The notes under the pieces: model-generated
Database searches by the model: none
Seen by the model: the letters and a program-made list of their open reading frames with translations, nothing else
Told to the model about the DNA's origin: nothing
From: Desulfovibrio piger
GTDB taxonomy: Bacteria > Bacillota > Clostridia > Lachnospirales > Lachnospiraceae
Direction: 5' to 3'
Assembly (NCBI GenBank): GCA_963590775.1
Contig: CAVAPS010000006.1
Coordinates: forward strand, 15,314 to 79,313
DNA length: 64,000 nt
In this document: piece by piece, positions 29,506 to 38,000 of the stretch
Numbering within the stretch: the stretch's first letter is position 1
How the letters are laid out: the number at the start of each line of letters is the position of its first letter
Program-made: the position numbers and the translations under genes

Positions 29506-29946
29506 CTATTTATCAATAACCTTTATTGCTGCTTCTGCCTGCTTAACCTCTTCTACTGATATTCCCAACATCTGCGCAGCTTCCTCGTAACTTCTTCCTG
29601 CCAGAATATTAACTATTAATCTGTTGTTTCGTTCAATTGCATTGTCTGCATACTTCTTTGCTTCTTCAGCTAATTTCTTCGCCTCTATTGCTTCCTGTAT
29701 TGAACTTTTTGCATATTCTTTCGCATAATCTTCTACTACCTTGCACATTTCACTCTGACCTCCTTCCGTTTCCTTAAAATAGTTTATTGCATTACTAATC
29801 TGTGGAAACTTCTCATTATAAAATGCTTCTTTATTAAGCATTAACTGCAATAATTCTGATTTATCTGAACCATCATTAACACAGGTATTAGCAAATATTA
29901 TATCTTCTCCATCTTTTACAGGAACATAAAACTGATTATTCTTCAT
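29506..29946 (-). pseudogene. C-terminal remnant of an Rpn/PD-(D/E)XK nuclease-family protein
   Basis: DGEDIIFANT..DGS..SELLQ..FPQISNAINYFKETEGGQSEMC, followed by a coiled coil and a C-terminal HTH (SYEEAAQMLGISVEEV). The nuclease N-terminus is absent. Confidence 0.7.
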
Positions 29947-30105
29947 GCATCTTATATACTACACCCAAACCTATTTGCAATAGTATTACTGCCTTATTCC
30001 ATATGTTACTCAATATTTTAAATATTTATATAGTATATATCATATATCATTTTCTATATCAATGTTATTAATTATTTTTATCGCATAAATATATTAACAA
30101 TTATC

Positions 30106-30133
30106 TTGCACTTTCTAATAAATACGTTATAAT
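30106..30133 (+). promoter_or_regulatory. SigA-type promoter of tRNA-Pro
   Basis: TTGCAC-16 bp-TATAAT, 21 bp before the tRNA, with an AT-rich upstream tract. Confidence 0.7.
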
Positions 30134-30154
30134 ATATAAGTCACATTTATATAA

Positions 30155-30228
30155 CGGCGTGTGGCTCAGTTTGGTAGAGCGCGTGGTTCGGGACTACGAG
30201 GCCGCAGGTTCAAATCCTGTCACGCCGA
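30155..30228 (+). tRNA. tRNA-Pro(CGG), CCA not encoded
   Basis: Acceptor CGGCGTG/CACGCCG; D-arm GCTC..GAGC; anticodon arm CGTGG-TTCGGGA-CTACG; T-arm GCAGG-TTCAAAT-CCTGT; followed by ACTA. Confidence 0.97.
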
Positions 30229-30233
30229 CTAAT

Positions 30234-30297
30234 AAAAAAGCTCATGAAGATTGTCTACGGGGATTATCCCATTTACTTCAATCTTCATGAGCTTTTT
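30234..30297. terminator. Bidirectional terminator between tRNA-Pro and thiT
   Basis: AAAAAAGCTCATGAAGATTG...CAATCTTCATGAGCTTTTT perfect long stem with A/T tails. Confidence 0.85.
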
Positions 30298-30311
30298 ATA
30301 TACCATTCAAT

Positions 30312-30860
30312 CTACACAAGATTATTCTTGACATATGCTAATGCTTTATTAACAGGTGGAAGTGATACAATTATAAGAGTTATCACTGCTTCAAGTCCTA
30401 TATATGAACCATTATATACAATCGAGTACAGTATTGCGCTGTTAAAGAATTCCGGTGTATATACAGCAAAGAATATCCAGCCAGACAGGAATGAACATGT
30501 GAATCGTCCAACAACTCCAACTATATATCCCTTAATTAATCCATGCTTTGAATTAGAAAATATACCTGATAAACCAAGTGCACCGAATCCTAATATATAA
30601 TCAAGAAGCACCTGAGGAATATTAAGAATATATGGATCAAGCAATAACTGTAAAACTCCATATGCGAGAGCTGCTGTCAATCCTGCCTTTAATCCATACC
30701 AGTATCCTATAAGCACTATGAATAACATACTGAACAGTGTTACAGAACCTCCCATTGGAAGTTTAATAATCTTAATCATAGAAGTCACAATAGCTAATGC
30801 CACCGCCATTGCAGCAAATGCAATATGTTTTGCCTTTATTTTATTAACCGATAAACTCAT
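30312..30860 (-). CDS. thiT: ECF S-component, thiamine transporter ThiT family
   Basis: AxxxA motif in TM1, LPMGGSVT, QVLLDY, FLSGWIFF, YSIVYNGSY. Confidence 0.85.
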   Translation of the reverse strand: MSLSVNKIKAKHIAFAAMAVALAIVTSMIKIIKLPMGGSVTLFSMLFIVLIGYWYGLKAGLTAALAYGVLQLLLDPYILNIPQVLLDYILGFGALGLSGIFSNSKHGLIKGYIVGVVGRFTCSFLSGWIFFAVYTPEFFNSAILYSIVYNGSYIGLEAVITLIIVSLPPVNKALAYVKNNLV

Positions 30861-30933
30861 ACATTTCCTTTCTTTAACTTTCGTTCTTTAATATTCTTTA
30901 AAAAGAATATCTGCATTTGTTTCTAATGTCAAG

Positions 30934-30971
30934 AAAAAGGGAAGTCATACATAATACATGTAAGACTTCCC
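30934..30971 (-). terminator. Terminator of the pectinesterase gene
   Basis: GGGAAGTC..GACTTCCC stem with a T-run on the minus strand. Confidence 0.75.
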
Positions 30972-30997
30972 CTGATATCATTTAATTATAATACTAA

Positions 30998-33900
30998 TTA
31001 TCTAACACGCTTCTTTGTAAATACTACACCGCCTGCCATTACCATTGCTAAGAAAGCAAGTAATACATAAAGTGTAACTGGTGCTGTATCACCTGTGCTT
31101 GGAGTAACTGATGATGACTCATCTGTCTTTCCTGTATCTGGATTAGATGGTGTTACATCACCAGGTTCTTCTGGTTGCTCAACTGGTGGAACTACTGTAC
31201 CAGAATCCTTTGCTACATAATCAATAACAAATGTACCTAATTCACTTGTCTCAAATGAAACTGTATCATCAGATACTTCTATAGTAAGTTTCTCAATTGC
31301 GTTATCAGCCTTAAGACGATATACAACTACGTCATACTTTGTATAATCAATTCCTGCATCCTTCTTAAGAGATACCTTGATTGAACCATTAGAAAGCTTA
31401 ACAATATTACCCTTATCGTCCTGTAATGAGATATTAGCAAACTGTGCCATATCTGTTAACTTAATGTCAGTATTAGCAACAGCCTCTTTAACAGCAGCTA
31501 CCTGCTCTTCTGAAGCATCAGCCTTAACTACTGTAACTGTACCTGTCTTTACTGCGTCACCTTTTTCATTAACATATGATGCATCATCAGAAGGCTTAAC
31601 AGCAGCTACGCCACTTTCCTCTGAACCTACAACCTCTACCGGCTTAACTTCATATGCATAGTGAACAGGTACCCAGCCATTAAGCACTGTGTTAACTGCT
31701 GAATTATCATCTGTATCAACATAGTCAGCTACAGCTTCTGCTGTCTGATTCTCAGCTTTACTGAAGCTTCCGTTAGAAACAAATGCATTCTCGCCTGATA
31801 AGTTACCATATTCTTTAAAGATAGCTGTCTTTCCATCTCCGCTGCTCATCTCACCCCAGCCATCAGCATTAATATAACCATTAGTCTGTGTTCCGATGAA
31901 TGTACAATTAGAACCTGCACCCCATGTTCTTCCGTAGTATCCAACTACGCCTGTTCCAACTCCATCTGTTGTTACAGTACAGTTTCTGAATACATATGGG
32001 CTTGTCTTAGCTGCTGTAATATAACCAAGCTTAGCATTGTTAGATGCATCATTCTTGTATGTCTTCCACTGTAATTCGCAGTTATCAAATACTGCTGAGA
32101 ATTCACCACAAATGTAATCTACATTACCACCAATTACACAGTTATTGAAATATGTATGATAGTTGTAGTTTGTTGAACCATTTCTACCAAGTGTATCCTG
32201 TGATGAAAGAATCTTACAGTTATAACACTCAATATTATCTGCATCAATATAGAATGCATTAGATCTTTCTTTGTATGCATATGCTGTTACATCAGCATTT
32301 GCATCAAGTCTGTTTACTGAAAGTGTTGAACCTGCAATATCAGTCTTTTCTGCTTCAGTAAGTTCATAGTTGTATGTGTTCTTAAATGTTGTATCTTCAG
32401 CAATGAAGTTATCACCTCTTACGATGAATACACCACCCCAAAGGTTACCATTACCTTCAGCAGATGAATACTTATCTCTTGCAAGTGCTTCATTATAAAG
32501 TCCTGTAGTAGGATCTACTGAATAATATAATGTTCCAACACCATAATACCATGAAATAGTATGTCCATTACCCTTAAGTGTTACATATGGTGCAGCCATT
32601 ACTGTCTGCTCGAATATGTCAGCATTAAGATTAATTGTTACTCTACCTGCTTCTCCTTCAGGTCTGTCCTGCATATTGAGGATAGCATCTGAAGCAGCGT
32701 TTAATGAATCATAATCACCAGGAACATTAATCTCGCTCTTGAAAGGAATTGCACCAACTTCCTCTGCTGGAAGTTCAACATATACCTCATTAACTGTTGT
32801 TCCCTCTGACTTAACAGATACTCTGTCGTGTGTTACACCACCATTAGTTGTCTCAACTATTGAATTATACTCACCCGGTTTTAATGAGCATGTGTATGTA
32901 TCACCTGTTACTGTTGCTGTATACTTTATTCCATTGAGCATATTCTCAAATGTTAATCCTGTAACAGTTCCAGCTGGTGTTCCTGTAATAGTACCTTCAA
33001 CAGTTACATCAGGTACATCATAAAGAGATACTACAACCTCTCCACCTGTAACTGTAAATGTATCGCTGTCACCAACAAGAGCTTTTACACCACCGTCATT
33101 AGTTGATAATCTGTATGTGTGTCCTTCAAGAAGATCAGCACTTGAACCATTAACTAACTCGATTGAATTACCACCAAGTTCAGCATCTACTACACTTACC
33201 TCAAAAGAATTAGATACAGTAGCATCAACATTACTAAACTTAACTGGTACACTTACTGTATTGTCAACAACATACTTATAACCTGCATAGAACATGTTAT
33301 TAGTCTTACCTGTTGTAGACATTACATATGTATGTCCTGGAACTACTTCAAATGAATATGCTGTAATTCCTGTTGCTGTATCAGTATATCCAATCTTAGA
33401 TCCATCTTCTGAATTGTAATCATGAACTCTTAAGAATGATGTAGAATTAAAGTAAACTGTCATCATTCCCTTTGCAGCTGGCTTGAATATAGTTAATGTA
33501 CCATCTCCTGCATTAGGAATAGTTGGAATATTATTACTGTCTTTATGTCTCTTACCTGCTGTATAAGTATTATATTCTTTTCCATTAACTGTAATTGTCT
33601 TACCATCTTTTACAGTATACTGTGTACTGTCCTGACCCACTAAAGTAAGAACACTGTCGCCATACTGATAATCACCTGTAGCAACAACGCCATTCTTAGC
33701 GACGTCATCAAGCATCATAGTAAAGTTCTCTGCATTACCAGACTTAGCATAATTAGCAACTGTTACTGAATGAAGATATGCTTCTCCTGCTGCTACACAT
33801 GTTATAGTAAGTGTTGTAGCTGCTCCGTTATATGATACCTTCTCAGTTGCTCCATCAGTTGTAGCATTGCCTGATGTTGAACCTATTTCTTTACCAGCCT

Positions 33901-34267
33901 CATCTGTAACCTTGAATTCTGTTGCCTTGCTATACTTACAAAGTCCTAACTGAATATCAGCACCTCCTGCAACCTTAACTTCAATCTTATCTCCGTCATA
34001 TAATGCTGCTCCATGCTGTCCATCATGATAGTATGCCTTGTCAGTATCTGACACTACCTTGAATACTCCGTCATCAGAAGTATATCCATTGAGCTTTGTC
34101 ACATCAGAAAGTGTTGCAAAATTCAATGTATAAGTCTGACCTGCTTCAGGTGCATCTGCAGCTTTTGCTGTAGTTCTTACGCCTGGTACAAACTGGAATG
34201 AACCAACTGCAAGCACAGTAGTAAGTACAACTGCTAAAAGCTTCTTAGCTTTTTTGCTAATTTTCAT
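30998..34267 (-). CDS. Large modular cell-wall-anchored pectin methylesterase (CE8)
   Basis: Signal peptide; CE8 motifs SSQDTL, IGGNVDYICG, GYITA, YYGRTW, FKEY; about 500 aa of N-terminal beta-rich modules; PSTGD + TM + KKRVR. Confidence 0.88.
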   Translation of the reverse strand: MKISKKAKKLLAVVLTTVLAVGSFQFVPGVRTTAKAADAPEAGQTYTLNFATLSDVTKLNGYTSDDGVFKVVSDTDKAYYHDGQHGAALYDGDKIEVKVAGGADIQLGLCKYSKATEFKVTDEAGKEIGSTSGNATTDGATEKVSYNGAATTLTITCVAAGEAYLHSVTVANYAKSGNAENFTMMLDDVAKNGVVATGDYQYGDSVLTLVGQDSTQYTVKDGKTITVNGKEYNTYTAGKRHKDSNNIPTIPNAGDGTLTIFKPAAKGMMTVYFNSTSFLRVHDYNSEDGSKIGYTDTATGITAYSFEVVPGHTYVMSTTGKTNNMFYAGYKYVVDNTVSVPVKFSNVDATVSNSFEVSVVDAELGGNSIELVNGSSADLLEGHTYRLSTNDGGVKALVGDSDTFTVTGGEVVVSLYDVPDVTVEGTITGTPAGTVTGLTFENMLNGIKYTATVTGDTYTCSLKPGEYNSIVETTNGGVTHDRVSVKSEGTTVNEVYVELPAEEVGAIPFKSEINVPGDYDSLNAASDAILNMQDRPEGEAGRVTINLNADIFEQTVMAAPYVTLKGNGHTISWYYGVGTLYYSVDPTTGLYNEALARDKYSSAEGNGNLWGGVFIVRGDNFIAEDTTFKNTYNYELTEAEKTDIAGSTLSVNRLDANADVTAYAYKERSNAFYIDADNIECYNCKILSSQDTLGRNGSTNYNYHTYFNNCVIGGNVDYICGEFSAVFDNCELQWKTYKNDASNNAKLGYITAAKTSPYVFRNCTVTTDGVGTGVVGYYGRTWGAGSNCTFIGTQTNGYINADGWGEMSSGDGKTAIFKEYGNLSGENAFVSNGSFSKAENQTAEAVADYVDTDDNSAVNTVLNGWVPVHYAYEVKPVEVVGSEESGVAAVKPSDDASYVNEKGDAVKTGTVTVVKADASEEQVAAVKEAVANTDIKLTDMAQFANISLQDDKGNIVKLSNGSIKVSLKKDAGIDYTKYDVVVYRLKADNAIEKLTIEVSDDTVSFETSELGTFVIDYVAKDSGTVVPPVEQPEEPGDVTPSNPDTGKTDESSSVTPSTGDTAPVTLYVLLAFLAMVMAGGVVFTKKRVR

Positions 34268-34478
34268 AATCTGCCTCCTTTATAAATATTGCGGACATCC
34301 CCGCGTTGATAATATTAAATATATATTAATATCTGTTAATTAACAACTTATATATTTGTATTTTAGAGATTGATTACAGTTATTTTTAGTGTTATAATAC
34401 ATTTTGTTGCAATATATATAAATATTTTTTTAATTTTTAGTACTATTTAACAATATAGTTAAAAGGAGATTTTATTCC

Positions 34479-35342
34479 ATGGCTTCCTCAACAACTGCTA
34501 ATATTTCACGATTCCGCATAGACCACGCTATTCACAAGCTCCACTATTCCATGCACTCAGCACACAGCCACACATATTATGAGCTTTTCTACCTGATGCA
34601 TGGTAATTGTACTATTTCTATAGACGACAGACTTTACACTCTTTCCGAAGGTAATGTCATATTTATACCGGCCAATTCCATTCATAAGACATCTTATATT
34701 GGAGAACTCATTCCTGAAAGAACATATATTGAATTTTCCAAGGACTACATAGATACAATTGATAACTGTCTTGGCAGGAACTGGGCTGAACGTAATCTGT
34801 GGGGACACATTCTGTATATTGAGAAAGAAAAACGTGATAAAATCGACTCTCTTTTCAGAGAAATTCAGAAAGAATATGACATTATTGATGGATATTCTGA
34901 CTGCTGTATAAGACAGTTATTCCAGTATCTTATTATTAGACTTGTCCGTCTCGACAGAAACACTAAAGATATTAAAGAGTTCATTGCCAACTCGGATAAT
35001 AAAATCAATCAGGATATGATTATTGCTGCCAAATATATTGCTGAGAACTTCAAGAATAACATATCGCTTAAAGATGTTGCCAATCACCTGAATCTCAATC
35101 CTTCATATTTCTCCAGCAAATTCAAAGCATTTAACAACATTGGTTTCGCTGAATACCTGCGTAATATCCGCATTAATCATGCTGAATGGTATCTTATTGA
35201 AACAGATTTAAGCCTTTCAGATATTGCTGACGAGTGTGGCTTCTGCAATTCTAATTATTTCGGTGATACATTTAAGCTGGTTAATGGAGTATCTCCTTCT
35301 GAATTCAGGAAGAATAACAAGCCTAAGAAAGCTGAAAACTGA
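34479..35342 (+). CDS. AraC-family regulator with cupin sensor domain
   Basis: HSHTYYELFYL cupin motif; C-terminal double HTH with CGFCNSNYFGDTFK..GVSPSEFR. Confidence 0.93.
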   Translation: MASSTTANISRFRIDHAIHKLHYSMHSAHSHTYYELFYLMHGNCTISIDDRLYTLSEGNVIFIPANSIHKTSYIGELIPERTYIEFSKDYIDTIDNCLGRNWAERNLWGHILYIEKEKRDKIDSLFREIQKEYDIIDGYSDCCIRQLFQYLIIRLVRLDRNTKDIKEFIANSDNKINQDMIIAAKYIAENFKNNISLKDVANHLNLNPSYFSSKFKAFNNIGFAEYLRNIRINHAEWYLIETDLSLSDIADECGFCNSNYFGDTFKLVNGVSPSEFRKNNKPKKAEN

Positions 35343-35348
35343 TATTTT

Positions 35349-35387
35349 AAAAAAGAGCCTGCCGCATCAATGATGCGACAGGCTCTT
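35349..35387. terminator. Terminator between convergent araC and GGGtGRT genes
   Basis: AAGAGCCTGCCGCATC..GATGCGACAGGCTCTT stem. Confidence 0.75.
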
Positions 35388-35422
35388 AAGCCCGTATTAT
35401 ACGGTTTTATATACATTCTTAA

Positions 35423-36433
35423 TTAGAACTTACCATTCTTAGCAGCTTCCTCGATAGAAACAGCTACAGCAACAGTAGCACCAACCATAGGGTTATTTCC
35501 CATTCCGATTAATCCCATCATTTCAACATGAGCTGGAACTGATGAAGAACCTGCGAACTGAGCGTCTGAGTGCATACGTCCCATTGTATCTGTCATACCA
35601 TAAGAAGCAGGACCTGCTGCCATGTTATCTGGGTGAAGTGTACGTCCTGTACCACCACCTGAAGCTACTGAGAAGTACTTCTTGCCAGCTTCAAGTCTTT
35701 CCTTCTTATATGTACCTGCAACTGGATGCTGGAATCTTGTAGGGTTTGTTGAGTTACCTGTGATAGAGATATCAACATTCTCCTTCCACATGATTGCAAC
35801 ACCTTCTGTTACATCGTTAGCACCGTAGCAGTTAACCTTAGAACGAAGACCATCTGAGTATGCTGTTCTAGAGATTTCCTTTACTTCGCCTGTTGAATAA
35901 TCCATCTCTGTCTCAACGAATGTGAATCCGTTAATTCTTGAGATAATCTTAGCAGCATCCTTACCAAGACCGTTAAGGATAACTCTAAGAGGTTTCTGTC
36001 TAACCTTGTTAGCCTTCTCTGCGATACCGATAGCACCTTCAGCAGCAGCGAATGATTCATGACCTGCAAGGAATGCGAAACATTCTGTCTCTTCTTCAAG
36101 TAACATCTTACCTAAGTTACCATGTCCAAGACCAACCTTTCTCTGGTCAGCAACTGAACCTGGAATACAGAATGCCTGAAGACCTTCACCGATAGCTGCA
36201 GCAGCTTCTGAAGCCTTTCTGGCACCCTTCTTGATAGCGATTGCTGCACCTACTGTGTAAGCCCAACATGCATTTTCAAAACAAATTGGCTGGATACCCT
36301 TAACCATAGCATATACATCTAATCCGGCATCCTTAGTAATCTTTTCAGCTTCTTCAATATTAGCTATACCATAGCTGTTAAGAACTGAAGTAATCTTATC
36401 TATTCTTCTCTCATATGATTCAAATAAAGCCAT
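35423..36433 (-). CDS. GGGtGRT-family protein (function unknown)
   Basis: Contains the eponymous SVASGGGTGRTLHPD motif. Confidence 0.92.
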   Translation of the reverse strand: MALFESYERRIDKITSVLNSYGIANIEEAEKITKDAGLDVYAMVKGIQPICFENACWAYTVGAAIAIKKGARKASEAAAAIGEGLQAFCIPGSVADQRKVGLGHGNLGKMLLEEETECFAFLAGHESFAAAEGAIGIAEKANKVRQKPLRVILNGLGKDAAKIISRINGFTFVETEMDYSTGEVKEISRTAYSDGLRSKVNCYGANDVTEGVAIMWKENVDISITGNSTNPTRFQHPVAGTYKKERLEAGKKYFSVASGGGTGRTLHPDNMAAGPASYGMTDTMGRMHSDAQFAGSSSVPAHVEMMGLIGMGNNPMVGATVAVAVSIEEAAKNGKF

Positions 36434-36447
36434 TCTAATTGTCCTCC

Positions 36448-37152
36448 TTATTTAACTTCTTCATCTGTTCTTGGGTCAATAATCTTAACAGCATCTGCAA
36501 CTCTTCCGTACTGTCCGCAAGCCTTCTCATATGCTGTTGTAGGGTCATCACCCTTCTTAATGAAGTCTGTCATCTTACCAAGGCTGACAAACTTGTAACC
36601 GATAATCTGGTTGTCCTTATCAAGGGCGATACCTGTTACATAACCTTCAGCCATCTCAAGGTAACGAGGACCTTTCTTTAATGTACCATACATAGTACCA
36701 ACCTGAGAACGAAGTCCCTTACCAAGATCTTCAAGACCAGCACCAACTGCAAGTCCACCCTCAGAGAATGCGCTCTGAGTTCTACCATAAACGATCTGTA
36801 AGAATAACTCTCTCATAGCTGTGTTAATTGCATCACAGACAAGGTCAGTGTTAAGAGCTTCCATAACTGTAAGTCCTGGTAAAATCTCTGCTGCCATAGC
36901 TGCTGAATGTGTCATACCTGAACATCCGATAGTTTCAACTAAAGCTTCCTGAATGATACCTTCCTTAACATTAAGAGTAAGCTTACATGCACCCTGCTGA
37001 GGAGCACACCAGCCTACACCATGTGTAAAACCTGAAATATCTTCAACCTTCTTATTCTGTACCCATTTACCTTCTGTTGGCACTGGAGCTGCTCCATGAT
37101 GAACGCCCTGTGCTACTGGACACATATTCTCTACTTCCTGTGTGTAAATCAT
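36448..37152 (-). CDS. IscU/NifU-N-like Fe-S scaffold-family protein
   Basis: GVGWCAPQQGACKLTLNV..ETIGCSGMTHS..DLVCDA, Cys spacing reminiscent of IscU; start 37152 after AAGGAG. Confidence 0.78.
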   Translation of the reverse strand: MIYTQEVENMCPVAQGVHHGAAPVPTEGKWVQNKKVEDISGFTHGVGWCAPQQGACKLTLNVKEGIIQEALVETIGCSGMTHSAAMAAEILPGLTVMEALNTDLVCDAINTAMRELFLQIVYGRTQSAFSEGGLAVGAGLEDLGKGLRSQVGTMYGTLKKGPRYLEMAEGYVTGIALDKDNQIIGYKFVSLGKMTDFIKKGDDPTTAYEKACGQYGRVADAVKIIDPRTDEEVK

Positions 37153-37305
37153 CTTATTACTCCTTTCGTAATTCATAGTGTTTACTATAAATGAAACGAC
37201 GGCAAGAAGCCGTCGTCCAAGCCTTGACTATTTTCTCACAAAGTTTTGCATTAGTCAATGTGAGACACAACATTTTTACATTAATAAAACGAAAAATTCA
37301 CATAA

Positions 37306-37977
37306 TTATCTCTTGGTTACTACTTCACCCTGCTTCTTATATATAGAACCTGCCGGAATAAAGCCTCTTACACTTGAAAGAGGATAAATATTGCTCTCTC
37401 TTCCAACGATTGTTCCAGGATTAAGCACGCTGCCGCATCCAACCTCAACATTATCACCAAGGAAAGCACCTATCTTCTTGATACCTGTATCAATATTGCC
37501 ATCTGGTCCTTTAATAGTTATAAGCTTCTTGTCAGACTTAACATTAGAAGTTATAGAGCCTGCTCCCATATGAGCCTTGAAACCAAGAATTGAATCACCA
37601 ACATAATTATAATGTGGAACCTGAACCTTATTAAAAAGAATAACATTCTTAAGCTCAGTTGAATTACCAACAACAGCACCCTCGCCTACAATAGCTTTTC
37701 CACGGATGAATGCACAGTGTCTTACCTCTGCATCTTTACCGATAATTGCCGGACCTGCAATGTAAGCTGATGGAAATACATTGGCACTTCTGTGAACCCA
37801 TATATTCTCTCCACGCTTCTCATATTCATCTTCTGGCAGAGTATTGCCAAGTTCTACAATAAAATCACCAATCTTTGCAAGTACTTCCCATGGAAATGTA
37901 CAGCCTTCAAATACCTTTGCTGCAATAGTCTCATTAAGGTCATACAGATTACTTATCTTTAATGCATCATTATTCAT
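37306..37977 (-). CDS. Stand-alone left-handed beta-helix acetyltransferase (GlmU C-terminal-like)
   Basis: Hexapeptide repeats, VGNSTELKN, PHYNYVGDS, GAGSITSN; no nucleotidyltransferase domain; downstream of glmS. Confidence 0.82.
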   Translation of the reverse strand: MNNDALKISNLYDLNETIAAKVFEGCTFPWEVLAKIGDFIVELGNTLPEDEYEKRGENIWVHRSANVFPSAYIAGPAIIGKDAEVRHCAFIRGKAIVGEGAVVGNSTELKNVILFNKVQVPHYNYVGDSILGFKAHMGAGSITSNVKSDKKLITIKGPDGNIDTGIKKIGAFLGDNVEVGCGSVLNPGTIVGRESNIYPLSSVRGFIPAGSIYKKQGEVVTKR

Positions 37978-38000
37978 ATCTAATATCCTCGTAATATTAA

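Noticed and set aside
26745..30228. tRNA-Pro-anchored integrative island
   Set aside because: The accessory genes lie on the 5' side of the tRNA; no integrase and no duplicated tRNA 3' end were seen.
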